Source: Candidatus Multivorans sp.
GTDB taxonomy: Bacteria > Acidobacteriota > Thermoanaerobaculia > Multivoradales > Multivoraceae
Reading direction: 5' to 3'
NCBI GenBank assembly: GCA_965224025.1
Contig: OZ245033.1
Span: 4,576,001-4,640,000 of the forward strand
Length of the DNA stretch: 64,000 nucleotides
The notes beneath the pieces are model-generated. The model did no database searches. It was given only the letters and a program-made list of their open reading frames with translations, and was not told the DNA's origin. Made by a program: the position numbers and the translations under genes. Positions 28,769-37,559 of the stretch are shown one piece after another; positions within the stretch are counted from its first letter, which is position 1; each line of letters opens with the position of its first letter.

Positions 28769-29674
28769 ATGAGAAGAAGTACGACGTATCGCCGACCGAT
28801 GTTCCGGGCCGTCCTGGCGACGCTGATCGCGTTCGTCGCCTTCACCGGCGTCTACGCGCAAAGCGACGCCTCAACCCAGTCCTTCACGGCGAGCGACGGC
28901 GCCGTCATCCACTACCTCGTCGAAGGGCGCGGCGACCCCGTCGTGCTGCTCCACGGCATCACCGGCACGGCCGCCTCGACCTGGGGCGCCGCCGGCATCA
29001 TCGACCGGCTGGCCGAGGAGTTTCAGGTCATCGCCGTCGACCAGCGCGGCCACGGCAAGAGCGACAAGCCGCACGACCCGGCCAGCTACGGCGAGCGCAT
29101 GGCCCTGGACGTCGTCGACCTGCTCGATCACCTGAGGCTGCAGCAGGCGAACGTCGTCGGCTACTCGATGGGCGGCTTCATCACGATGAAGCTCATCGCG
29201 CTCGCGCCCGACCGGCTGCTCTCGGCAGTGGTCGGCGGCGCCGGTTGGCCGAGCGCCGAACTACGCGACGACGAGCTGTTCGAGGCCCTGGCCTCGTCGC
29301 TCGAGGCGGGCAAGGGCGGAGGTCCGCTGATCGAGTTCCTGTGGCCCGGGGAGGAACCGCCGACATCAGAACAGGTTCAGGCGATCGGCCAGGCGATGGT
29401 CGCCTCGAACGATCCTCTCGCCCTGGCCGCCGTCGTACGCGGAATGCCCGCCCTCGACGTAAGCGCCGAGTTCCTCCGCATCAACCAGGTACCGACCCTC
29501 AACATCATCGGCAGCGAAGATCCCCTGAGGCCCAACGCCGACGCCCTCGTCGACGTCATGCAGGAACACCGCCTCCACGTCATCGAAGGAGCGAACCACA
29601 TGAACACCCTGAACTCACCCGAGTTCTACGACACCATCCGCGCCTTCTTCATCGAACTCTGCAACTGCGCGTAG
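28769..29674 (+). CDS. secreted alpha/beta hydrolase
   Basis: Signal peptide, LLHG, DQRGHGKS, GYSMGG, GANH. Confidence 0.9.
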   Translation: MRRSTTYRRPMFRAVLATLIAFVAFTGVYAQSDASTQSFTASDGAVIHYLVEGRGDPVVLLHGITGTAASTWGAAGIIDRLAEEFQVIAVDQRGHGKSDKPHDPASYGERMALDVVDLLDHLRLQQANVVGYSMGGFITMKLIALAPDRLLSAVVGGAGWPSAELRDDELFEALASSLEAGKGGGPLIEFLWPGEEPPTSEQVQAIGQAMVASNDPLALAAVVRGMPALDVSAEFLRINQVPTLNIIGSEDPLRPNADALVDVMQEHRLHVIEGANHMNTLNSPEFYDTIRAFFIELCNCA

Positions 29675-29838
29675 GGGTTGCCTCGCTCCAAGCGCTTCGG
29701 CCGTACCCGCGCAAGCGGAGAGCAACACCGAAGGTGGTCCCCAGAGGCTGTGGGATTGATCGCGACCGCTGGTAGAGTTCCGGCAGAGTGAGCTGACGCC
29801 CTCGCCAGCCAGCCATCAGAACACGGAGGATCCCTCGA

Positions 29839-30192
29839 ATGGCTGCTACACGTCCTGCCGTTCCCGAGCAGGAAAACGTCCGTAACGTCATACGGAGCCT
29901 CCTCGCCCACGAACTTGCTCATGCCACCTTGGCGGCTCGTTTCGAGTTCGACCCGGTCGAGGTCAACGAGAAAGTCGACCACGATGGAGACGAGTACCTG
30001 CAGGTTCGCGTCTCCTTCTGTGGTGCGAAGGCCACTCCTGCCGACGTCCTGGAACTCCACGCTCTGACCGAGGTCGTGCGTGACCTCCTGAAAGAACGGG
30101 GCTACGACGACGTGTCGATGATCCCCTGGTTTGTGAGCAGGCAGGGTTGGGACCGCGATGCCCCTCTACCCAGCGCACGAAGCTCTTCTTGA
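29839..30192 (+). CDS. small hypothetical protein, probable partner of the downstream HEPN protein
   Basis: GGAGG RBS; DHDGDEYL motif; overlaps the HEPN gene. Confidence 0.65.
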   Translation: MAATRPAVPEQENVRNVIRSLLAHELAHATLAARFEFDPVEVNEKVDHDGDEYLQVRVSFCGAKATPADVLELHALTEVVRDLLKERGYDDVSMIPWFVSRQGWDRDAPLPSARSSS

Positions 30193-30634
30193 CACGGCGT
30201 CCAAGCTCGTCGATGAGTACGAGTCGGAGTCGGACCTGCGCAGGGCAGTCAGCACCGCCTACTTCGCCATGTTCCACTGCGTAGCGTTTTGCTGCGCCAA
30301 CGTTATTGCAGGCGATCCTGATCCTGACGCGGACCCTTCTCTCTGGAAGCACGTCTACCGCGCCGTCGAGCACCGTCAGATCAAGGACCAGTGCAATCGG
30401 CTCCGCAACGTCAAGTTGCTTCCGCGCCTGCATCTGTTCGCCGATGAGTTCGTGAGGCTGCAGGGCAGGCGCCACGCCGCCGACTACGATCCGTTCGCTG
30501 ATTTCGGCTACGACGACGCCTATGGCGATGTCTTCATGGCATCGGTCTCGATCGACAGCTTCTGGTTCGCAGCCGCCTCCGATCGGCGGTCCTTCGCCTC
30601 CTGGGTGATGTTCAGGCGCAGAAAGTCCAACTGA
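30158..30634 (+). CDS. HEPN-domain protein
   Basis: DLRRAVSTAYFAMFH and LQGRRHAADYDP. Confidence 0.8.
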   Translation: MPLYPAHEALLDTASKLVDEYESESDLRRAVSTAYFAMFHCVAFCCANVIAGDPDPDADPSLWKHVYRAVEHRQIKDQCNRLRNVKLLPRLHLFADEFVRLQGRRHAADYDPFADFGYDDAYGDVFMASVSIDSFWFAAASDRRSFASWVMFRRRKSN

Positions 30635-30701
30635 GGCGAACGACCGCTGCGTCCCTCCCCTCAGGCCGCAGACCAGGCGGGGGGATCCCACAGACTCTCG
30701 G

Positions 30702-31838
30702 CTACGCCGACAACTGCGTCTCCACCAACGTGGTCCAGTAGCGCATGCCGACGGGGAGGATGTCGTCGTTGAAGTCGTAGCGGGGCGTATGGAGGCCCGC
30801 GGTGTCGCCGTTGCCGAGGAACATGAAGGCGCCGGGACGCTGCTGGAGCATGAAGGAGAAGTCTTCGGAGCCCATGACCGGGACCATGTCGGTAGTCACG
30901 TCGCGGCCGACTTCGCGGGCGGCGTTGGCGGCCTTGTCGGTCTGCTCGGCGTGGTTCACGGTGGCCGGGTAGTAAGGCCTGTACTCGAGTTCGAAGCCGG
31001 CGCCGTGGGCGCTGCAGATGCCGCGCCCGATCTGGCGCATGCGCCGTTCGATCAGTTTCTGCACTTCGGGCAGGAAGGTGCGCACGCAGCCGCCGTGGAC
31101 GACGCGGCTGGGGATCACGTTGTCCGCGTGGCCGCCGTGCACGCGGGTCACCGAGATCACCGCGTTCTTCAGCGGATCCACGTTGCGCGCCACGATCGTC
31201 TGCAGGGCGAGCACGATCTCGGCGGCGACCGGGATCGGATCCACCGTGCCGTGGGGGAAGGCGGCATGGCCGCCGGCGCTGGTCACCGAGAACTCGAAGA
31301 CGTCGATCGCCGCCATGAGCGGGCCGGCGCAGAGGCCGAAGTTGCCAACGGACATGCCCGGGTAGTTGTGGACGCCGTAGACCTCGTCGGCCGGGAACTG
31401 TTCGAACAGGCCTTCCTCGATCATCACGCGGGCGCCGCCGTCCTTCTCCTCCGCGGGCTGGAAGAAGAAGTAGACCGTGCCGTCGAAGGACCGGTTCCGC
31501 GAGAGGTGCTTCGCGGCGCCCAGCAGCATCGCCGTGTGGCCGTCGTGGCCGCAGGCGTGCATCTTGCCGGGGTTCCGCGAGCGATGCTCGAACTCGTTCT
31601 CCTCGTGAATCGGTAGCGCGTCCATGTCCGCCCGAAGCGCGATGCTCCGCTCCGAGGAACCGGACCTGAGCACGCCGACGACGCCGGTGCCGGCGAGGCC
31701 GCGGTGAACGTCGATTCCGTCGAACGACTCGAGCAGGGCGGCGACCTTGCTGCTGGTCATCTTCTCCTCGAACGCGAGTTCGGGGTGGCGGTGGAAGTCC
31801 CGGCGCCAGGACCTCATCTGTTCGTGCAGCGGATCCAT
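30702..31838 (-). CDS. M20D amidohydrolase (hippurate hydrolase-like)
   Basis: RRDFHRHPEL, LRADMDALP, MHACGHDGH, FQPAEE, SEDF. Confidence 0.95.
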   Translation of the reverse strand: MDPLHEQMRSWRRDFHRHPELAFEEKMTSSKVAALLESFDGIDVHRGLAGTGVVGVLRSGSSERSIALRADMDALPIHEENEFEHRSRNPGKMHACGHDGHTAMLLGAAKHLSRNRSFDGTVYFFFQPAEEKDGGARVMIEEGLFEQFPADEVYGVHNYPGMSVGNFGLCAGPLMAAIDVFEFSVTSAGGHAAFPHGTVDPIPVAAEIVLALQTIVARNVDPLKNAVISVTRVHGGHADNVIPSRVVHGGCVRTFLPEVQKLIERRMRQIGRGICSAHGAGFELEYRPYYPATVNHAEQTDKAANAAREVGRDVTTDMVPVMGSEDFSFMLQQRPGAFMFLGNGDTAGLHTPRYDFNDDILPVGMRYWTTLVETQLSA

Positions 31839-31935
31839 GGGCTTGGATGGTACCCCGAACAGGCCCCGAAAGGGGACCCGTGAGCACGCGCCACTGATAG
31901 CTTTGGCTCCTGACCGGAGGGGAGAAGGGACATGC

Positions 31936-32580
31936 ATGACGACGAGCGAACGAACAACTGAGAACGTGAACCCGGCCTCGTTTGAGGACAGGATCTGGGC
32001 AACCCTGGACCGGGCCTCGAAACAGATGGCGGAAGACCGTGAGAAGGCGGCCCAGGAGCGCGAGCAAGCGGCCCGGGAGATGGCCCGACTGCGCGCCTCC
32101 ATGGCGGAGACCGACCGGCAGATGAAGGAGACCGACCGGCGACTCAAGAAGGCCGAGGACCTGTTCACCTCACAGTGGGGCAAGCTGATGGAAAGCCTCG
32201 TTGAAGGCGACCTCGTGCCTCTGCTGCGGGAACGCGGCATCGCCGTGGACGGAACAACCGAGAGATCCCTCAGGAAGCGCAACGGCGACCACTTCGAAGT
32301 CGACATCCTGGCAGTGAACGGGGCCGAAGTCGTGGCCGTCGAGGTCAAAACGACGCTCCGACCCAACGACGTGAGTCGCTTCCTGGAGAAGCTCTCCCGG
32401 TTCGGCGAGTGGTTCCCCGAGTACCGCGACCGTCGGGTTTACGGGGCGGTGGCGTACCTGAAGAGCGACAGCTCGTTAGCGGTTCACGCGGAGCGTCAAG
32501 GGCTGTTCGTCATCAGGGCCACCGGCAACAGCGCCAGCATCGTGAACGCGCCGGACTTCGAACCGCGGGCGTTCTCGTGA
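31936..32580 (+). CDS. coiled-coil + PD-(D/E)XK nuclease-like protein (DUF3782-type)
   Basis: ETDRQMKETDR repeats, WGKLMESLVEG, EVDIL...VEVKTTL, GLFVIRATG. Confidence 0.8.
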   Translation: MTTSERTTENVNPASFEDRIWATLDRASKQMAEDREKAAQEREQAAREMARLRASMAETDRQMKETDRRLKKAEDLFTSQWGKLMESLVEGDLVPLLRERGIAVDGTTERSLRKRNGDHFEVDILAVNGAEVVAVEVKTTLRPNDVSRFLEKLSRFGEWFPEYRDRRVYGAVAYLKSDSSLAVHAERQGLFVIRATGNSASIVNAPDFEPRAFS

Positions 32581-32678
32581 CGGTGGTCAAGAGCTCCTGA
32601 CCGCGGATCTCGCTCGACGCACGGATGCGGGCTCGGGGATCCCGTCTTCCTCGACTGGCACGCAAGTACTCCCCGGCC

Positions 32679-34283
32679 TCAGGCACCCAGGTCCCTGCGG
32701 ACCGCTTGGTCGACGCGGGAGTCGATCCGTTCCCCGGCCAAGGACACCAAGAAGCGGTCCCGGTCGACCCGTGTGACGACCTTGGGCTCACCCTCGAAGT
32801 CGATGTGAGCCGATCCGCCCTCGATCCTGAAATGGTATCTGCCCCTCCCCAAACTCACGGTTGTTCGGATGCAGTTCCACTTCAGGCCCCGCGCAAGCCG
32901 CACGGCGGCCTTCTCAGTCTTGACATCCCACTGGGCCGGATCGCCGAACAACTCCCGTAGCGGCCGTACCCGAGGCGGCGCTTCGCCAAGGTCGAACCCG
33001 GACTCGTCGAGCTGGTGCACCAGGGCGGCCATTCGATGTGTGACGGCTTCCCGCAGTTCCGGCCTTCCCCGCAGGTCGAGCGGCAGCTTCAACCAACCGT
33101 CGCGCACTCCGAACAGGATGGCGGCGGCCAAGCGGTCGCGCTCCTCGAGTTGAGGGTAGTCCCCGATCAACTCGAGCAGGGCCGAACTCCGCTGGCGCAG
33201 GAAGAACAGAATCGCGGCCCGGGCCAACGGCGTCCGGTGCCGATGGAGCATCTCACTGACCGTGCCACCTCCAAGGCCTCCTCCAAGCGATTCGAGCGTC
33301 GTGACCAGCTCAGCCGCCCTGCCCTGGAGATCACCGCCCATCCCCTCCGCGGACTCCTTGAGAACGTCGATTAGCACGTCCTCCGCTCTCCGAACCTCCG
33401 CTTCGCATCGATGTTCGACAAGAGCAGCCACGACACCCCAGAAGAGCTCCCGCCCCGTGCGGAAAGGGCCACTGCGCTTCACGGCAGTGCCGCTGCGCAT
33501 CCACTCTGACAGGGCTCCGAGAATCGAGTCGTCGGGGGGATCGAAGGTTGGATCGAAGGCAGAGCGGCAGGCGCGGACTGAGAGTTCGCCGGCGTTCGCC
33601 AGCTTCTGGAGAACAGCCATCACGCCGCCGGCGGCCTGAGCGGGCCCCAACGCCACGTCGCGCTCCGCCGGTCCGTCCCCCGGCGGCCAGGCAAACGCGC
33701 GGTCGCCAGCGAAGCGCGTCTTCACCGCTTTCTTGTTGATAGCCGCCAGCGTTACGTTCCCGCGGTCGGCAACCGCCGACGCGACTTCCTCTTGCTCGGC
33801 CTCCGAGCGAAACAGAATCCGGCGGATTCGGCTGGTCGGCAGCGGCGCCGGCACAAGGAGGAGTCGCTCGTCATCGCTGATTCCCTGCTCCAGGAACCGC
33901 TCCGCCCAATCGCCGTCGCCATGGGCCTGCGCCGGTCCCCGCAGACCCTCCAGACCGATCTCGAGGATGACCGGCCTCAGGTAGTCGGCCTCAGCCGCGG
34001 AGTGGGCAAGTGCGGCCTTGGGCGCCCGGGCCACCTTCCGGCCGCGACCGACAAACACCGGGAGCCAGCCGGGAAACGCCGCCAAAGTGTCTCCGTAGTA
34101 CTTCCCTCCGAACCCCGAAGGCGGCATGAGCAGCCCGGCAGCCAGCATGTACATCAGGTTGAGGTGGTTGGTGACCATGATGCCGGTCTTCGGTGTCGAA
34201 ACCAGCGTTCGGGGATCGGAGTTCCGTTCAACGGTGTCGCCCACCGGGAGGATCGACTGCTGACTGCTGGAAACTTCGTTCAT
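32679..34283 (-). CDS. hypothetical protein, last gene of the DISARM-like operon; possible degenerate ART/DarT-like N-terminal fold
   Basis: ATGA overlap with the upstream helicase; TNHLNLMYMLAAGLL, PVILEI and LLVPAPLP.SRI..ILF pattern. Confidence 0.8.
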   Translation of the reverse strand: MNEVSSSQQSILPVGDTVERNSDPRTLVSTPKTGIMVTNHLNLMYMLAAGLLMPPSGFGGKYYGDTLAAFPGWLPVFVGRGRKVARAPKAALAHSAAEADYLRPVILEIGLEGLRGPAQAHGDGDWAERFLEQGISDDERLLLVPAPLPTSRIRRILFRSEAEQEEVASAVADRGNVTLAAINKKAVKTRFAGDRAFAWPPGDGPAERDVALGPAQAAGGVMAVLQKLANAGELSVRACRSAFDPTFDPPDDSILGALSEWMRSGTAVKRSGPFRTGRELFWGVVAALVEHRCEAEVRRAEDVLIDVLKESAEGMGGDLQGRAAELVTTLESLGGGLGGGTVSEMLHRHRTPLARAAILFFLRQRSSALLELIGDYPQLEERDRLAAAILFGVRDGWLKLPLDLRGRPELREAVTHRMAALVHQLDESGFDLGEAPPRVRPLRELFGDPAQWDVKTEKAAVRLARGLKWNCIRTTVSLGRGRYHFRIEGGSAHIDFEGEPKVVTRVDRDRFLVSLAGERIDSRVDQAVRRDLGA

Positions 34284-35488
34284 GCGCGTTCCTCCCGGAT
34301 GGGCTCGTCGCGGGTCAGATCCTTCCGGCGAAGGATGTTCTCATCAGCCGGCAGGAACTCGTCTATCTCCTGGCCGCCGCCCTTCTTCATGAACATGACG
34401 ACTCTCTGGCGCGCCCGTGAGACCATCACGTAGAAGAGCTTCCTCTTCCTGTCCAGATCGGCGGCATCGACAAAGTGCTGGTCGATGTCGGCAAGGACCA
34501 CGGTGTCGAACTCCAGACCCTTGCACGCCTGTGCATTGATCACCAGAAGGCCGCCCTGGTCGAAGCGCACCTGTGGCCTGTGCTGGCCGTAGAAGGTCTC
34601 GACTACCGGGCGGCCGTTGTCCAGCCGGACGACCTCGCAAGCGCGCTGGAGCTCTCGAAGGTACTTCTCCCTCACCGTGTTCTTCGGCGCGATCACACCG
34701 ATCAGACGCCGGGGGTCCTGATCCCAGTGCCGCAAGATGCTCCTGGCGACCTTGGGCATCGCAGCTTCGTCCACACGGTATAGCCAAGGCACGTAGATCG
34801 TATTCACCGCGGGCGGGAGGTCGGGCGGTGGGGACGCCGGATCGCCCGTGTAGAAGGCTCGCGCCAGCCGAGCGATCGGGTACGAGTTGCGATGGTTGTA
34901 CTTCAGTTCCACGACATGGCCAACGAGAAGTTCCTCCAGATCCCGACGGCTCGAGTTCTCGTCCTTAATCTGTTGATTCTGATCGGCGACCACGAAGATG
35001 TTCTCGAACCCGAGGCTGTTCAGGGAGTCGTAGAAGCCGGGCGGCATGTCCTGGCCTTCGTCGATCACGAGCGACGGCAAACCGGGCGTTCCGTTCTCAG
35101 ACCGGGGAAGATCGTCGATCAACCGCGCTACGGCATCCCAGTCTTCCAGCCGCCAACCCTCGCCATCCGTCTCGAGCGTCGGAACGCTCTTCCCGACGAG
35201 CCGTCGAAACTCCTTCCAAAACCAACTCTTCCAGGTAACCGCCGTGAGGTCGCCGTCGAACAACGCCCGCGATGCGCGATGGAGCAGATGGTTCCAAACC
35301 AGAAACACGTAGTCGTTCTGGTTGCGCGCGTGGCGGCGGGCCCTCAGCAGGCAGACCGTCGTCTTCCACGTCCCGGGTCCGCCCACGATCAGATGTCGCC
35401 CCTCGCGTGGCAGCGCCGACACCCGCTCCTGCTCCTTCGTCAGATCTTCGATTCCCGGCAGCTCGTACCGGCGCTCTCTACCAGCCAC
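34280..35488 (-). CDS. compact SF1 (UvrD-like) helicase/ATPase with altered Walker A
   Basis: GGPGTWKT, VIDEGQD, ADQNQQI, NHRN, KGLEFDTV, YVMVSRA. Confidence 0.88.
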   Translation of the reverse strand: MAGRERRYELPGIEDLTKEQERVSALPREGRHLIVGGPGTWKTTVCLLRARRHARNQNDYVFLVWNHLLHRASRALFDGDLTAVTWKSWFWKEFRRLVGKSVPTLETDGEGWRLEDWDAVARLIDDLPRSENGTPGLPSLVIDEGQDMPPGFYDSLNSLGFENIFVVADQNQQIKDENSSRRDLEELLVGHVVELKYNHRNSYPIARLARAFYTGDPASPPPDLPPAVNTIYVPWLYRVDEAAMPKVARSILRHWDQDPRRLIGVIAPKNTVREKYLRELQRACEVVRLDNGRPVVETFYGQHRPQVRFDQGGLLVINAQACKGLEFDTVVLADIDQHFVDAADLDRKRKLFYVMVSRARQRVVMFMKKGGGQEIDEFLPADENILRRKDLTRDEPIREERA

Positions 35489-35588
35489 GGCAGATCCTCA
35501 GGACAATCCCTGACCACTCCAGACTCATGATCGACAGCATGAGTGTCCCTGACCGCCGCAGGGCGCGCGACACCCGCTTGACCGCCCT

Positions 35589-37553
35589 TCAGAAAGCATG
35601 ACGAGGACTCCCCTCGCTGCTCGCCAACTCCCACAACGACCGCAGGCTCGCCCCATCACCCTTGACGAAGACCCGGTCCAGCAGCCGGTTGCCGCAAACG
35701 CAACTCGGTTCGGGAACGAGCGCGCACGCATGGCAGGCAGCGCGGTTCAGCAGATCCGGGCCATGTCCCTCCTGTTCGGCGCAGACCGGGTCGAACGAGC
35801 ACCAGGAGGCGTCCTCGACGGCACCGGCGAGGAGCCGCAAGAACCGGTCCGGCTGCGCCATGTCCATCAGACCGCCGAGAGAGCCGTGCTCGTCCGCCAC
35901 CGCAACGTAGATCAGGAGGCCGGCCCTCGGTTCGCCGTCGCCTTGGCCGTCATCGCAGTAGATGCGTTCCTTGAGTGAAGCCGCGGGATACCCCGCCTGC
36001 GCCTCCAGACGGCGGATGATGAGATGAGCGAGGGTGTGGCAGAGAAGGAAGCGGGGCGAGATCGCCGCCTGCACTCCCCTTGGCAAGCGTGCCTCGACCG
36101 AGCGTTCGACGAAAGCCGCCGTCCGCTTGAGCGCGGCGTCCTGATGCTCCCAACGCCTCACGGCCTCCTCGCAAAGCGAGAAGAACAGGCCTTCGCCCCA
36201 GAGTTCCAGGGCCGGCAACCAGCCGCTCTCGCCGACGACGTCGGGCGGGGTCACCGGACGCCGCTCCTCACCGCTCCCCCAACCGCGGCGGAAACCATCG
36301 AAGACCATAATCTCCTTGATCCGGTGGACGGCCACTAGGCGGTCCACGGCAGCGACGATCCCCGCCCACGAACCTCCGGGATCGACATCGAGCCGCCGCC
36401 AGGCCGCCGAGTGGTGCTCGGTCACGAAGTCCTCGTCCGGCCGCAGATCGGGAATCAGCTCGGTGAGCGCGCCAAACTCCAGGTGCGCGAGATCGCCTTG
36501 CGGCAGCTCCAGGTCATGAAGCGGATACCCGCGAGCGATTCCTGCCAGCGCCGCCTCGATGTCCGCCAAAGAGCACCGGTACTTTCTCGCTAGGACCAGC
36601 AGCCGGCTCCTCCGCGCCGTCTCCGTACGCGCGGTACGGATGGAACGCTGATCGGCGGAACTGCCGTAGAGGCGATCGACGACGCTGCCGCGCCTGATCC
36701 GGGATTCGGGCGGAATGACGAGGGCTGTCCGGCACTCCGCGTAGTGGACACGAACGTCGTTCACGCCGACTAGCCAGCCTGGTTCGACCGGAGCTTCCGG
36801 TGGCGGCTCCCGAACCCAAGGCTGCTGCCGTGTGCCGGTACCAAACGGGAATCGGTGGGGAAGTCGCTGCTCGGCGCCGCAACCGCGCCGGGAACACCTC
36901 ACCCACCACCGGCCTTCCTTGCTCTCAACCCTGAGGTACGGCTCGGTCCAGTCCGGTCTGCAGTCGCGCTGTTCCGGGTTCCTGGTCGAGGCATGGGCGA
37001 TCGCATGCCACGGCGCGTCCGCGAGATAGCCGTCTTCATGAATCAGCACCCAGGGAACCTGCTCCAAGAGGCCGCCGCACCGCCTTGCCTCGGCCGCTGC
37101 CCGGCGGCCGCTGGTGCCGCCAGCCGCCGGCGCCACTCCTTTGCAATGGAGCACGTCCGGCTGACGATCAGTCAACCTGGCGTCGCCGTCGTGGCCTGCG
37201 ATCGCGCCACCTTCATTGCGGGTACGCCACGGCTTGTTGTGGAGTAGTCCGCAACGGCTGCAGCGGGCCCACTCGGGGAAAAGTCGGGCCGGAACCCACC
37301 CTTGAACGTGTTCCCCCTTCTGCTCCTTCACGGGCGGGCGACACAGCTTCGTGTCGCCCAAGCCGAACGAACGCTTCACCAGAGAAACGTACTTGAGCTC
37401 GCGCTCGTACGGACTCGTGTTCGGGCCGTCCCAGTCCCGCGTGTCCTGAACCACCATCAGCGCCTTGTCGTGACGAACGATCGCGCCTACCGAGCAGTCC
37501 CGCAGCAGGTGGGACAGCCGGATGTCGACCAAAGTCCTCTCCGGTGGTTTCAA
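35589..37553 (-). CDS. drmB: DUF1998 protein, DISARM DrmB-like
   Basis: HTLAHLII, GYPAASLKERIY, GSLGGL, WCSFDPVC...AACHAC..PEPSC...NRLLDR. Confidence 0.9.
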   Translation of the reverse strand: MKPPERTLVDIRLSHLLRDCSVGAIVRHDKALMVVQDTRDWDGPNTSPYERELKYVSLVKRSFGLGDTKLCRPPVKEQKGEHVQGWVPARLFPEWARCSRCGLLHNKPWRTRNEGGAIAGHDGDARLTDRQPDVLHCKGVAPAAGGTSGRRAAAEARRCGGLLEQVPWVLIHEDGYLADAPWHAIAHASTRNPEQRDCRPDWTEPYLRVESKEGRWWVRCSRRGCGAEQRLPHRFPFGTGTRQQPWVREPPPEAPVEPGWLVGVNDVRVHYAECRTALVIPPESRIRRGSVVDRLYGSSADQRSIRTARTETARRSRLLVLARKYRCSLADIEAALAGIARGYPLHDLELPQGDLAHLEFGALTELIPDLRPDEDFVTEHHSAAWRRLDVDPGGSWAGIVAAVDRLVAVHRIKEIMVFDGFRRGWGSGEERRPVTPPDVVGESGWLPALELWGEGLFFSLCEEAVRRWEHQDAALKRTAAFVERSVEARLPRGVQAAISPRFLLCHTLAHLIIRRLEAQAGYPAASLKERIYCDDGQGDGEPRAGLLIYVAVADEHGSLGGLMDMAQPDRFLRLLAGAVEDASWCSFDPVCAEQEGHGPDLLNRAACHACALVPEPSCVCGNRLLDRVFVKGDGASLRSLWELASSEGSPRHAF

Positions 37554-37559
37554 CTTGCT

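Noticed and set aside
35489-35600. Tiny Cys-rich ORF between drmB and the SF1 helicase (MLSEGRSSGCRAPCGGQGHSCCRS)
   Set aside because: Only 24 aa with no homology evidence; it could mark a deleted gene but cannot be supported.
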